DNA of 64,000 nucleotides from Naegleria gruberi. Its lineage: Eukaryota. Each line of letters starts with the position of its first letter. The stretch's first letter is position 1. The notes under the pieces were generated by a model that had not been told where the DNA came from, searched no databases, and saw only the letters and a list, made by a program, of their open reading frames with translations. The stretch lies in assembly GCA_000004985.1 (NCBI GenBank), contig GG738887.1; one strand, 5' to 3'. Positions 44,088 through 54,791 of the stretch are shown here, one piece after another. Both the position numbers and the translations under genes were made by a program.

Positions 44088-46340
44088 TTATAATTTCATT
44101 TCAAAAGGAGAGGTTGTTGGATAGGCTACTCCAATATTATTAGGAGTGGTTCTCGAGTTGTATAATAAAATATTCATTTCTTCCCTGCTTGAGAGAAGAA
44201 GTGACTTGATTTCTTCCAGCTCTTGCCTGATAAAGCCAGATTGTCTTTGGTGTTCCTCATTTATGTGTGCAGAGGCTGTTGCAGCAGAACCTTTGTATTT
44301 GGAGGAGAACGTCTCTTTGAATCGCTGGTATTTTTGATTGGATTGATAATTTTTTTCATCAAGATATCTAGTATCAGGAATGTAAGGTTTAAAGTTGATT
44401 TTTTCCTTGATGCTTGGCCTTTCAGTTTCGGTTGACTTTGCGATGAACAATGGTTTGGAAGATGCCTCTGTTTGTGTTTTTGATGAATAACTGGTAGTAG
44501 AGTTGGAGGAAGTTGGGGGTGTTCTTGAAATATTGGATGGTGGTGGAATGTTTGATCTTGGAAATGATGAAAAGGAAGAAAGAGGTCGTTGAGGAAAAGC
44601 TTGAGCATATGGATTTCTAAAGTACGCAAGAGGTGGTGGATAATAAGGAACAAAGTTGGGAGAGTAAAAGTTACAATTACAATGATCACAACACAAGTTG
44701 CTGTGAGCTTGTGGAGGAATATTTCCATTATTGGTGCCCTGATAATTGGTGTTGAAAACTTGGGAATGGTAAGCTGTTTGAGTTGCATATGTTCTCGAAT
44801 CTTTTGTGAGATCATCAGTCCCAATAGATATACTCTGGACATCCTTTGGCAGAGGAGGTTTTTCTCTCTCAATAGTAATTATTCTATTCGATTCCCTATT
44901 ATCTTTGGAAGGAAGATCCAATTCAGTTTCGTGAACAATTTCTATTTTTCTTTCTGTTCTAATTGGAATCTCGATAACTCTTTCCATATTTCGTTCAACT
45001 ATTGGTTCCGATATCATCTGCTCTGCTTTCTTAATGATAGGTTTTGGCTCTTTTTCAGGAATTATTGTCTCTTTCGAGATCTCTTTTTGTTTAGGCAATG
45101 GCTCTTCCTCAACTTGTTTTGAGCTTGTTGTTGGAGATGGTGTTCTTGAAGCAGGTATAACAGTCTCTGCGTTTTGTGGCTTTTGCAAAGATACGACTTT
45201 AACTGGTTCCTTTTCCACTTGCTTTTGAACTGCAACTTGTTCTGATTTCTTCGGTTCTGGCTTTTTAATTGGTTTTTCTGGTTCAGGTTTCTTAATAGGC
45301 TCTGCGGCTGGTTTTGGTTTTGAGGTAGTTGGAATGGTTATTGGTTTTTGTGGTTCCTTCTTTGGAGGAGGCTTCACCTCCTCTTCTTCATCATCAAAGT
45401 CATCGAAACTGTCATTGCTGTTATCTAAAAAGTTATCTTCAAACGATTCATTATCATCAAAATCACTGAATTCATCCTCGTCCTTCTTGTGTGTATGGGA
45501 GGGTTTGTGGTGATGATCCTCATCGTCCTCAATCTCCTCTTCAAAATCATCAAATGAACTTTCCTGTGTAGAGTTGTGACCATTATCGTTTTCTTCAATT
45601 ATTTCCTCATCTCCAAAATCTGAAAAGTCATCCTCACTAAAATTTTCTTCCTCACTCATTACAAAATCCTCTTGAACAACTCGAGCAGGTTCTCTGTAGA
45701 GTGGTTTTGGTTTTACTGGCTCTGGTTTTTTAATTGGTTGTTGAGCTACAGCTGGTGACTTAGCATGTGTGCCAACGGGATTTGGAGAGGGTGTCTTCTT
45801 GGGCTGTTCTTTGACTGGTGGTTGCTTTTTCACCACAACTACAGAAGGGGAAGGATCTTCTCCTCCCTCCTCATCTGAAAAATCAGAAAACTCATCAAGT
45901 GTCTTTACATTAAACGAATCATTCTCACTGGATGAAGCATACTCGGTCTCTATAACTTGTTTCTTATTTACATTTGTTGGCTTAGTGTTTTTTTGATGAT
46001 TATTATTTGAAATTGTCGGTTTGTTAGTAACAACTGGTTTCGGAAGTTCGTCCTCATCCTCATCATAATTTAATTTTACAGATTTTTGTGATCGTTGAGA
46101 GCTAGAAAGAGTTGGTGAAGGATTGGTTGGAGTAGGTGTTCGTGAAGCAATTCCAAACATTGAATTTACTTTCTGAAACATGTTTCCGAAGTTTGATGTT
46201 GAAGAGCCGTGAGAGGCATGCGATCCATTCGAAGACGAAGAATGTGATCGTCTCATCATTGCATACGGATCATTTCCAATAATCGAACCAGATGAGTAGG
46301 CATCAAATGAGGCTGCAACTGGTTGAGGCTTTTTTTTCAT
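44088..46340 (-). CDS. Low-complexity P/E/D/S/K-rich acidic protein (750 aa)
   Basis: Long ORF with strong compositional bias (EPxKP repeats, DEE/FSDFDD acidic blocks) and a Q/N/Y-rich C-terminus with a CCDHCNC motif. Opposite-strand ORFs 44146-45996 are shadows of this bias. Confidence 0.4.
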   Translation of the reverse strand: MKKKPQPVAASFDAYSSGSIIGNDPYAMMRRSHSSSSNGSHASHGSSTSNFGNMFQKVNSMFGIASRTPTPTNPSPTLSSSQRSQKSVKLNYDEDEDELPKPVVTNKPTISNNNHQKNTKPTNVNKKQVIETEYASSSENDSFNVKTLDEFSDFSDEEGGEDPSPSVVVVKKQPPVKEQPKKTPSPNPVGTHAKSPAVAQQPIKKPEPVKPKPLYREPARVVQEDFVMSEEENFSEDDFSDFGDEEIIEENDNGHNSTQESSFDDFEEEIEDDEDHHHKPSHTHKKDEDEFSDFDDNESFEDNFLDNSNDSFDDFDDEEEEVKPPPKKEPQKPITIPTTSKPKPAAEPIKKPEPEKPIKKPEPKKSEQVAVQKQVEKEPVKVVSLQKPQNAETVIPASRTPSPTTSSKQVEEEPLPKQKEISKETIIPEKEPKPIIKKAEQMISEPIVERNMERVIEIPIRTERKIEIVHETELDLPSKDNRESNRIITIEREKPPLPKDVQSISIGTDDLTKDSRTYATQTAYHSQVFNTNYQGTNNGNIPPQAHSNLCCDHCNCNFYSPNFVPYYPPPLAYFRNPYAQAFPQRPLSSFSSFPRSNIPPPSNISRTPPTSSNSTTSYSSKTQTEASSKPLFIAKSTETERPSIKEKINFKPYIPDTRYLDEKNYQSNQKYQRFKETFSSKYKGSAATASAHINEEHQRQSGFIRQELEEIKSLLLSSREEMNILLYNSRTTPNNIGVAYPTTSPFEMKL

Positions 46341-46404
46341 TTTTTTTTGGCGCCAAACACCTTACATTTCGATAACTTTTATAACTGTTTTATTGAGAGG
46401 GAAA

Positions 46405-47934
46405 TTATTTCTTATGTTTTCCAATGGAAAATACAGTGATAGATACAATAACAATGAGACATCCAATAATACTGACCAAGTTATCAATCCACTCACCAAG
46501 TATAACACTTGACAATAAGAGACCAATAACAATACGAATTGGAAATAGAATTCCATAACTGCCTCCACCAATTTCCTTTGCACAAATGACCTCACCTACT
46601 GCAGCAACCAATCGATTCATTACAATGAACCAAACAAAAAATACCCATCTGACCCAATCCCAATTTGCAAAAATATTCCAATCCTCCAAAATAAACATTG
46701 GGATAATTGGCCATAAAACCAAAAGATACTTTTGAATATAGAAAAGATCTTCTGGTGAAACTTCTGGAGGGACATACTCTTCCTGTTTGGCAGTAGTTGC
46801 TTCTGAACCTTGAAGGAGAGGTGTCTCAATGGAACCGTGTTCATATGATTCGTTTGAATGATTTGAGATATTGTCTCTATCATCGATTGGTTGAGTTTCT
46901 GGTTCCTCTTCATTATCGAAAATTCCACTATTAAGGGCAGCACTGGATTGAGTTTCAGCAATCATAATATGCTCACGTGCATTTGATTCTTCAGGTGAAA
47001 CAAATTGTCTTTCATCATTTTCATCGCCCTCCTTTTTCTCATTTGATAATCTGGTTGGGGACAATCTATTAACAGTATTCATCTTCATAGAGAAGAAGAA
47101 ACTAGAAATAAGGGCAATAATCATTCCGATAAAATCATTTGGCCAATTGAATCCAGAACCAATCTTTGACAAGTCTGGAAACCATTTCCAACTATATTGA
47201 ATTGGATTTCCATTTTCATCCTCAGTTGCTCTTGTTGTTGAAGCCAAAATAATAATTACAGCACCAGTTACAGTAAAAATACAAGATATTAAATCTAACC
47301 AAGAGAATTTCTCAGTCTGATATTGCATGTGTAAGAATTAACAAATTGCATGACAAATTCAAAAACATACCTTGAATATAAAAATACCCATAAAATAGAT
47401 AATGAAAGGAGAACTCAACAAAATCAATTGGGTATAAGTAGATGTGGTATAATAGGTGGCAATTTCTCTCAAACTCGAACCAGCAACAATTGATAATTGA
47501 TACAAACACATCATGGCAATGAATGATTTGTGCTTCCACAATAATCTGAAAAAACCACCTCCCTCATGTATAACTGTTCTTGCCCTACGAAAAACACTTG
47601 GCCTAGCATACTTGTACATCATTCTCGGAGTGTACAAAATCAAAGCACCAAGATTTGATAAACACAACAAGGTAAAAGGAGTAATTGAAAACTTTTTACC
47701 TCCATAGTGTTGTAAATATCTCGAAATCACTTGATTAGTTGCCATGATCAAGTGAACTAAAAGTGCCAATAGCCAAAAAAATAAAAACCAAAACGAATAT
47801 GTTCTGGTTGACCACCATGTTCCGGTCGGTGCTACTGCCTGCTTCTTCTCATCTAGAACATCATCGTGTGGCACAACAGTATGATGATCATCGTTAATTT
47901 GCTGATAATCTGTGGCAGCAGAGGTTCCTGTCAT
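46405..47934 (-). CDS. Polytopic membrane protein, DMT/EamA-like (about 10 TM) with a long acidic central loop
   Basis: Exon model complement(join(46405..47316,47371..47934)), intron 47317..47370 (GTATGT...TATCAG, 54 nt). Hydrophobic helices flank an E/D/N-rich loop of about 130 aa. Confidence 0.5.
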
Positions 47935-48167
47935 TTTCTTTTAATGTAATGTCTGACAATGTGCTGTTTTTGTTATGGCATTTGAAATGAAACAAAATAT
48001 TGGAAATTCCAAGACGGGAATTTTAAAGCGGGAATTTCCAAGTCTTATTTTCTGAAATTCCAGGAGTTCACGATAGTGGACAAGAAAGAAATAGGTATTA
48101 AGTGATTCGACATAAAATGATTGCAATAATGTCGTCCTACTATGTCTATTGAACAGATGAGGATGGA

Positions 48168-49517
48168 TTATTCACAAGGGCAAAGTCGTGCTTGCATAAA
48201 TTTCGAAGCATTACAATCGAATCGACTTCTTCTTGTTGAGATGAAACAGAATCCTTGGAAGGTATGTGGAGCTCTCGAAAGAATATACTTTTCTCTCTCA
48301 CATTTACATTTAGGATTATACTTGGCTAGCTCTCTACAATTATTGATGAATGGGAAATATTCAGCAGCACACCTTCTTCCATTTCTTGAGCAACAAGTGG
48401 TACAACTTTCACCTTGCTTACAATGAATAGCTTTGAAAGAGTGTAAGGCAGAGAGGGAAATGTTTGATGATGCTGGTGCGAAATGTTCCTCAATTATATC
48501 AAGTGCTGGTTCCGTCTTCATTTGTCTAACCTCATTTTCACATGGGCTAAACATGGAATGTGGACATTTATCCATCTCAAATGAAAACATGAGCTTGGAA
48601 TGAATTTGAGCTTCAAAACATTGGGGAAAGTCCAAATCGTTTTGAGTTCCAGGTCTGGTATTTCCAACTGAGGAAACTACTCCAATATGTTTCATTAATT
48701 GTAAACGATAGGTAAAGAATTTTCTCTCCTTGTAATAATTCTCTCCCATTTGATCGTGTTGATTCCAAAATTCCTCCAATAACCAATCAATAGGAGTAGC
48801 TCTTCCTGAATGTCTCTTTAAAAACTCAGTTGTGGCCAATAAATCTCTTCCTTTCAATATGACTCCATTCAAACCAAATGAAACTCTCACTCCAGCCCAT
48901 TTTCTCTTTTCCATTTCTGTCAAAATGTAGGAAAGGTGATAGGCAGAATTGGGACAAAACACAAAATCATCCTCCATCAACATGACATAATCATTCAAAT
49001 ATTTCATCTTGACAAGATTAATAATTGAGTAAAAATCATTCAAATGTTGTTTCTTTTTCTGTGGTAGTAAAACACTTGTGAATACAGACTCAGTTTCCAT
49101 TTGATCGACAATTTCAATCCTACTCCTTCCATTCCTCAAACTTTCCAAACTTGGTCTATTATTCACACCCTTCACATTCAACAGTACAATACATGGCTTG
49201 AAAAACTCTCCCTCCAAATCCAAAATACTATCCAATGTCTGTTTCAAATAGAGAAATGGACTTTTCAAGCTGGCTCTAGGAGCAGTCATGATGAGAAATC
49301 GCATCGAGCATTCATTCGTATTGGTTGATGAATGTTGTTGATTATTAATTGGTAGTGATGATGATGGTTGTGAAGTGGCAGATTTATTGCCACGAAAGGA
49401 GAAAAAGATGAGCAAGATGATGATTATTGCACAGACAATTAAAATAATTTTTCCTCTCATGGTTCGATAGAAACCTCCGAACTGTGACATGAATTGTGTT
49501 AATTGTTTGTTTAACAT
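48168..49517 (-). CDS. Type II membrane glycosyltransferase, GT54 (N-acetylglucosaminyltransferase IV / MGAT4-like)
   Basis: N-terminal signal anchor (IILIVCAIIIILLIFF). Blocks align to GnT-IV: FLIMTAPRASLKSPFLYLKQTLDSILD (human [27 protein letters not shown]), MLMEDDFVFCPN (IQLEDDIIVKQN), ATPIDWLLEEFW (EKPIDWLLDHIL) and YRLQLMKHIGVVSSVG (FRPSLFQHVGLHSSLSG). The C-terminus is Cys-rich. Confidence 0.6.
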   Translation of the reverse strand: MLNKQLTQFMSQFGGFYRTMRGKIILIVCAIIIILLIFFSFRGNKSATSQPSSSLPINNQQHSSTNTNECSMRFLIMTAPRASLKSPFLYLKQTLDSILDLEGEFFKPCIVLLNVKGVNNRPSLESLRNGRSRIEIVDQMETESVFTSVLLPQKKKQHLNDFYSIINLVKMKYLNDYVMLMEDDFVFCPNSAYHLSYILTEMEKRKWAGVRVSFGLNGVILKGRDLLATTEFLKRHSGRATPIDWLLEEFWNQHDQMGENYYKERKFFTYRLQLMKHIGVVSSVGNTRPGTQNDLDFPQCFEAQIHSKLMFSFEMDKCPHSMFSPCENEVRQMKTEPALDIIEEHFAPASSNISLSALHSFKAIHCKQGESCTTCCSRNGRRCAAEYFPFINNCRELAKYNPKCKCEREKYILSRAPHTFQGFCFISTRRSRFDCNASKFMQARLCPCE

Positions 49518-49764
49518 TTTTTTTAATTGTTGAATAAAAATAAATTTAATATTTTAATATTGAGTGTAATTTCAAAATATCTTTGGATAGAACGAATTCT
49601 AGAATGTCGATAGTAGAAAACAAACGAATGCTAATTCATGGATGCAATACTTGATATCCAATTTAATACATGAAATCAATTTTGTAAACTTTCAAAAGAG
49701 GTAATCATGTTAATCAGTAAACATTCTACATTTGAATCAGACCAAAAAAACTTTTTAAAAAACA

Positions 49765-50508
49765 ATGAATAGTCTTGGCACCACACCCTACATTTCCACA
49801 ACAGAGAGGGAAAACAAGGATGTTAACTATCAAAATCTCGAAACCAGTCAACCACAATCTATCGATTCAAGTCTTTACAATAGAGGAGATCAGGATGTAT
49901 TCTCATTGAGTCAGTTGAAACATGTTGCTCCTTCCTCAAACATTTCTGGAATGGCAGAACCAAGTCCCCTCACTAACAGTAGTCAATCAAGTGGTTTTTT
50001 CAATGGAGAAGAAACTAAACCACTGTTGTCTGACTATACCAAACCAGAGGCCGAACAAAAACCATTCCAATCTTCCACATTTGAATCTCCAACATCATTC
50101 AAGAGTGATCCTCCAGAAATCAAAGATGATAAAGGTGAAAGCACATCCAATTACTTGTCATCAAATCCTACCTTTGATAAGGTTGACATCACTCCACCCA
50201 AAATTTCTGAAGATACTGTTATTAGTTCTACCAATGACAAGAACAAGGACTATGGCACTAATATAGCCTCCTCATCTATTGCTTACAAACCAAGTACAAC
50301 ACCAAGCAAGGACACCTCACAAGTTGTTGCCACAGGAGAAGGAGCCACCAAAACTTTAAAGCAAGTAGGCCACATTATTCAAAGCCAAGCACAAACAATG
50401 GCTACTTCTATCAGAAACAATGTAAATAGTGATAATATTCTCAACATTCTTATTAATAGCTTCCTTGTAATTGTAATTGCTGTCTTGTTGTACTTTGGAA
50501 TATGGTGA
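49765..50508 (+). CDS. S/T-rich tail-anchored protein (single C-terminal TM)
   Basis: 247 aa. S/T/P/N-rich and mucin-like, with a terminal hydrophobic segment ILINSFLVIVIAVLLYFGIW just before the stop. Confidence 0.35.
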   Translation: MNSLGTTPYISTTERENKDVNYQNLETSQPQSIDSSLYNRGDQDVFSLSQLKHVAPSSNISGMAEPSPLTNSSQSSGFFNGEETKPLLSDYTKPEAEQKPFQSSTFESPTSFKSDPPEIKDDKGESTSNYLSSNPTFDKVDITPPKISEDTVISSTNDKNKDYGTNIASSSIAYKPSTTPSKDTSQVVATGEGATKTLKQVGHIIQSQAQTMATSIRNNVNSDNILNILINSFLVIVIAVLLYFGIW

Positions 50509-50530
50509 ATAAATATATTGTAATGATTAT

Positions 50531-50956
50531 TCAACATTCCAAATAATTGGTGGCAAGTATTAGTTCGATAACAATTTGTCTATGCTCTTCGTTTTCTGGA
50601 TTTAATTCCTTGAGTGGATTGAACTTGCCCATGAATTCTCCCTTGATCGATTTTTGTACCCTGTCGATAATAATATTATGATTATTTAAATAATTGTTTT
50701 AGTGATATAATAATTATTATTATTTAGTGATGAACAATACCTACAAGAATTGACAAATAATTTCCAAAACATCTGTAGAAATATCACTCAATCTAATACT
50801 ATTCGATGTCATGTAATCTCCCGATAAATATTGAAGTAAATATTTAGATTGGCTTGCAGCCTTCTTGGAAATTTTAAACTCGAAATTTTCAGCGCTGACC
50901 AGAGTGATGTACTCCTTGTCGGAGAAGTTATTGACTGAAGTTTCTTCTGCTTGCAT
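50531..50956 (-). CDS. Elongin C (SKP1-fold BTB/POZ protein)
   Basis: Exon model complement(join(50531..50660,50745..50956)), intron 50661..50744 (GTAGGT...CGACAG, phase 2). The product is MQAEETSVNNFSDKEYITLVSAENFEFKISKKAASQSKYLLQYLSGDYMTSNSIRLSDISTDVLEIICQFLVQKSIKGEFMGKFNPLKELNPENEEHRQIVIELILATNYLEC. Compare human Elongin C …[29 protein letters not shown]…[23 protein letters not shown]. Confidence 0.7.
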
Positions 50957-51147
50957 TTTAATTGAAATTTAATTTTTTAATTAATATTAATGTAATTTTT
51001 TCAGCTGCTAAAGAATAATATGAAGCCAACATTCTCAACCAATGATGTCTTCTCCAATAAATCAGTACTTTCATGGAGGTTGATTTGAACTAATATTAAT
51101 ATTCTCAAAATTAATATCACCATTAAGCTGATCAAGTGACCACTGTG

Positions 51148-54100
51148 ATGACGAAGAATAAATATTTATTATTGTCTTACAAAAAAATGTACTCGCAAGG
51201 CTTTGGAGGAGGTGAGTTGAGAGAAAGGCAAAATATTGCTTCATCTTCATCAGGTATTGCTCCTCATCTTCAAAATAGTGGATTTGATGATGTAAATTTA
51301 TTTGATCATCGTACCAATGCCGGATCTAATTATTCAGCAACTTATCAACAAGATTATCAACAACAACAACAATATACTCAACAACAACAAATTCACACCT
51401 TTATGAATGAAAAGTTTCAAAACGGATCTTTCCTCTACAATAAGAGAATTGTTCCAATCTTGTTTTTAAGTATGATCCCTGTTTTTGCTTTGGCTGGTAA
51501 ATACAGTCTTTTCATTCTTACAATGGGCTTGATCGCCATGTATACCTTGGATTTCCTTGAACAAAAGGCTTATGCTTTCTTGATTTTCTGGGTTTCAATG
51601 TGTTTATTCTGGGCTAGTATTTATACCACAAGCATCTCTTTGCTTTTTGTATCTGTTTTCAACATATTTATATTACTTAATGGAAGTTTATTTGTTCTAG
51701 TTCTTGGTTTTTGGGCATCACTTCAATCGGAATGGTTCAAGACATTCTCCCATGATTTAGTTTTCCTTGCTGAAAGACTTGTCTTTGCTGGATTACCAAT
51801 TATTAGTATTCCTTTGGTTATTTCAATGGTGGTTGGTCTTGTTGGTATTGGTAATGCACCATTCTATTTGGTTGGCGTTTTGTGTGTCTATGTACACTTG
51901 TTTGGAAAGAGAGAAGTTTCATCTTTCTGCAAGACTAGATATATTCAAAATCCACTTGAATCAAGAATTTTGATTGCTTTACTTTTCCTTCTTCCTCCAA
52001 TTTTCCACGGTGTAGTCTATCATAATGTTATCTTTGATGATTTCTTAACAAGCACTTACTCTATGAACGCCTATGTTGCTCTTTCTGTGCTTTTTATTTC
52101 ATCTGATCCAGCTGCTTATTTATGGGCTTTCACTGATGCCTCTAATGAAATTTCTGTTACTCAAACAAAGAAGGGAATCAACTTGAAGACTGAAAGCCAA
52201 AACAGCTTTAGATATATTGTTCAACTCGTTTCAATTGTTTTGCTTAACATTTGGGTTGAATTTAAAGTTGTTTTACCTAGATATCACCACCTTATTCCAC
52301 TTTCCAGCCCATGGGACACTATCTTTGTTTTCCTTGTTTTGAACGGTTTGGCTAACTTTATTCTTTTATTGATCTATAACCAAAATTTTGTTGGTGGAAA
52401 TAATAATAGTAGTGTATCAAGAACAGCCCTTTCCCTTTTCATGATTGGATCTTCATTCTTTGGTGGTATTATTATTGGACTTCCATTTTATTTGATTCCT
52501 TTACCAGTTATTGGATTGTACTTTGCTGCTGGTTACTTGTTTACCAGAAAGTTGTACCAATATTTCATTTTCGTTGGATCAGTCTTTATTTGTGCTGTTT
52601 GGTTTGTTGTGCACCACTTCTGGTTCTTGAACTTTGAATTTATTTGTTCATTCTTGCCATTCGATTGGTCACTTAGAATGAGCCATGCTACTGTCTTGAT
52701 GGTTTTATTTGGAGCAGCATCCTTGCTTACAGTTCCATTCATTCTTCCAGACAAGTCTGATTCCAAGAATATTGGTTCAGGTACTAACAAGGTTGATTAC
52801 TCACTTTCTCGTAACATTGCCCTCGTTGTCCAAGTTTTATTGTTGGCTTTACTTGAACAATTACTCTATGAACAACCTGAAGGTTTCTACTCACCAACTC
52901 TTATCATGTTGACAACAGGTATTGGTATTGTTTTCTCAAAGAGACTTTATGAACTCAAACTTATTTCCATTGATGTGGTTTCATTCTTGGTTGCCCTTTA
53001 CATTTCAAAGATGGCCATCATGCTTACTCAAGATGGTGTTCATGGTACTTTCATCTCTGCATTCTTTACTACTGTTGCTATGACCAGAATTTACTTTGCC
53101 TCATTGACTGGTGATAGTGAAAAGATGTTTAAGGAATCTGCTGTTTGCAAATTCTACATTTTGGCTTGTGGTATCACATTGTATCTCACTCGTCACGTCT
53201 TGCTTAGAACCCTTGTTACAAGCTTTATTGATAGTAGATTCTATGATATGAATGAGGCTCACTTGTTTGGCTTCTTCTGTTTGGCTTGGGGTGTTGCTAT
53301 TTTGCCACTTTCTATTAACTTTATGAGACATAGCTCATTTGTTAAGCGTTTCACCGTTTTCCTCATCCTTATTGGTTTGGTTATTTCTATCCTCCAACCA
53401 AGTGTTGCTTTCTTCTCATTCAGTGACATTTCTAGTACATCTTTGACTGGAACTGCTGGTATTGCTGGTGACTTTGCTTCTCTTGGAAGTATCTCTGAGT
53501 CCATTTCCGATTATGTTCCATGGGTTGTTATCATTACTGTCATTATTTTGTTCAGTTTAGATATTATTTCACTTGGAGAAAAATCTAATCCAATGGTTAG
53601 AATTATTTTCTTTGCTTTGGTTGCTATTGGATTTTCTATTAGTTACTCTGGACTCTATCTCTATTATACTAGAATTTGGACACATGTCTTTGTTCTTATT
53701 ACATTGGTAATTGCATCCTTGGTAATTTATTCTACACATTTCCCAATCAATCACTCATACAAGGCATCATTGACTCTCTTTGCCATGTTTATTATTTCAC
53801 TCCCAATTACCTACTTGGCTATCACTATTGACGAAGAATCATTGAAGCAAAAGAACTCTTTCCTCAGTAAGGAAGGTCTTCATCCAAGCACATACACCTT
53901 TGTTATCAGTGAGCTCACAAAGAGCGCTAGAATTGCTGTTTTAGGTCTTCATTGTGCTTTGAGTGCTCTCATTGCTATTTTGATCAAATTCAAGCTTATT
54001 GGATATCCACTCATTAGAGTTAGAAAGTCCAACAAGGTATTGAATGTTGTCACTGAAGGTAATAACGAATTTGCTACTCAAACCATTGATCCATATCTTT

Positions 54101-54681
54101 CTGTTCCTGGTTCTGATGAATTATCAGTTGTTAACAATGGTGCTGCTGTAACCTGTTTTGTTTTGTGCATTACCCTCACAACTTGGTTGAACCCAGATAG
54201 ATATGAAGCTTACTTGCTCTTCTGTTGTATCTTCTTATTATTGAATAGAGATAGTTTATACTTGTCTGAATTCAAGGATAGTTTCAGATTCATCTTTGTC
54301 TTGTTGGCTATGGAAGTGTGTATGGCCATGTTCTTCATGATTGATACCATTCTCTTCTTTAGTACTTCTGCCACCTCAAGCACTATTACATTTGATACAA
54401 TGATTTCACAATACTCTCTCAAGTTCCTCCTTTTGATTCTTACTTTACCAAGTCACACCCTCTTTGTGAGATTCTTATTGAGATTGAACAAGCCAAACTT
54501 GAAGCCAATTTTGATTTCCCTTCCTTTCAGTATCTTGTCAGCTGTTTTGACAGTCATGTTTTCATTGTATTTGGATAGCTTCTATAGTTTAATTTATATT
54601 ACTATCAGTGCTGTTGGTGCCTCAATACTGCAAGCCATGATTTCAGCTCAATATGTCAGAGAACAAATTATCCTTCTTTAA
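51148..54681 (+). CDS. Very large polytopic membrane protein (about 1175 aa, about 30 predicted TM segments), unknown family
   Basis: Single uninterrupted ORF, with the first ATG at 51148 (the track starts at GTG 51136). A Q-rich N-terminus is followed by near-continuous hydrophobic helices to the C-terminus. No transporter signature recognised. Confidence 0.5.
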   Translation: MTKNKYLLLSYKKMYSQGFGGGELRERQNIASSSSGIAPHLQNSGFDDVNLFDHRTNAGSNYSATYQQDYQQQQQYTQQQQIHTFMNEKFQNGSFLYNKRIVPILFLSMIPVFALAGKYSLFILTMGLIAMYTLDFLEQKAYAFLIFWVSMCLFWASIYTTSISLLFVSVFNIFILLNGSLFVLVLGFWASLQSEWFKTFSHDLVFLAERLVFAGLPIISIPLVISMVVGLVGIGNAPFYLVGVLCVYVHLFGKREVSSFCKTRYIQNPLESRILIALLFLLPPIFHGVVYHNVIFDDFLTSTYSMNAYVALSVLFISSDPAAYLWAFTDASNEISVTQTKKGINLKTESQNSFRYIVQLVSIVLLNIWVEFKVVLPRYHHLIPLSSPWDTIFVFLVLNGLANFILLLIYNQNFVGGNNNSSVSRTALSLFMIGSSFFGGIIIGLPFYLIPLPVIGLYFAAGYLFTRKLYQYFIFVGSVFICAVWFVVHHFWFLNFEFICSFLPFDWSLRMSHATVLMVLFGAASLLTVPFILPDKSDSKNIGSGTNKVDYSLSRNIALVVQVLLLALLEQLLYEQPEGFYSPTLIMLTTGIGIVFSKRLYELKLISIDVVSFLVALYISKMAIMLTQDGVHGTFISAFFTTVAMTRIYFASLTGDSEKMFKESAVCKFYILACGITLYLTRHVLLRTLVTSFIDSRFYDMNEAHLFGFFCLAWGVAILPLSINFMRHSSFVKRFTVFLILIGLVISILQPSVAFFSFSDISSTSLTGTAGIAGDFASLGSISESISDYVPWVVIITVIILFSLDIISLGEKSNPMVRIIFFALVAIGFSISYSGLYLYYTRIWTHVFVLITLVIASLVIYSTHFPINHSYKASLTLFAMFIISLPITYLAITIDEESLKQKNSFLSKEGLHPSTYTFVISELTKSARIAVLGLHCALSALIAILIKFKLIGYPLIRVRKSNKVLNVVTEGNNEFATQTIDPYLSVPGSDELSVVNNGAAVTCFVLCITLTTWLNPDRYEAYLLFCCIFLLLNRDSLYLSEFKDSFRFIFVLLAMEVCMAMFFMIDTILFFSTSATSSTITFDTMISQYSLKFLLLILTLPSHTLFVRFLLRLNKPNLKPILISLPFSILSAVLTVMFSLYLDSFYSLIYITISAVGASILQAMISAQYVREQIILL

Positions 54682-54791
54682 TTGTATTTCAATATAAAAA
54701 ATTATTATTAAATTATTTCAATCAAAATCTTCTTCTTATCAACTTGATATTTCCAAATTGATTAATTTGACTGAAAATCAAATATTAAAAA

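Noticed and set aside
44146-45996. Several plus-strand ORFs (44146-45996) opposite the 750-aa low-complexity gene
   Set aside because: These are compositional shadows of the E/P/K/D-rich repeats on the other strand. The encoded peptides are low-complexity, with no starts in a sensible context.
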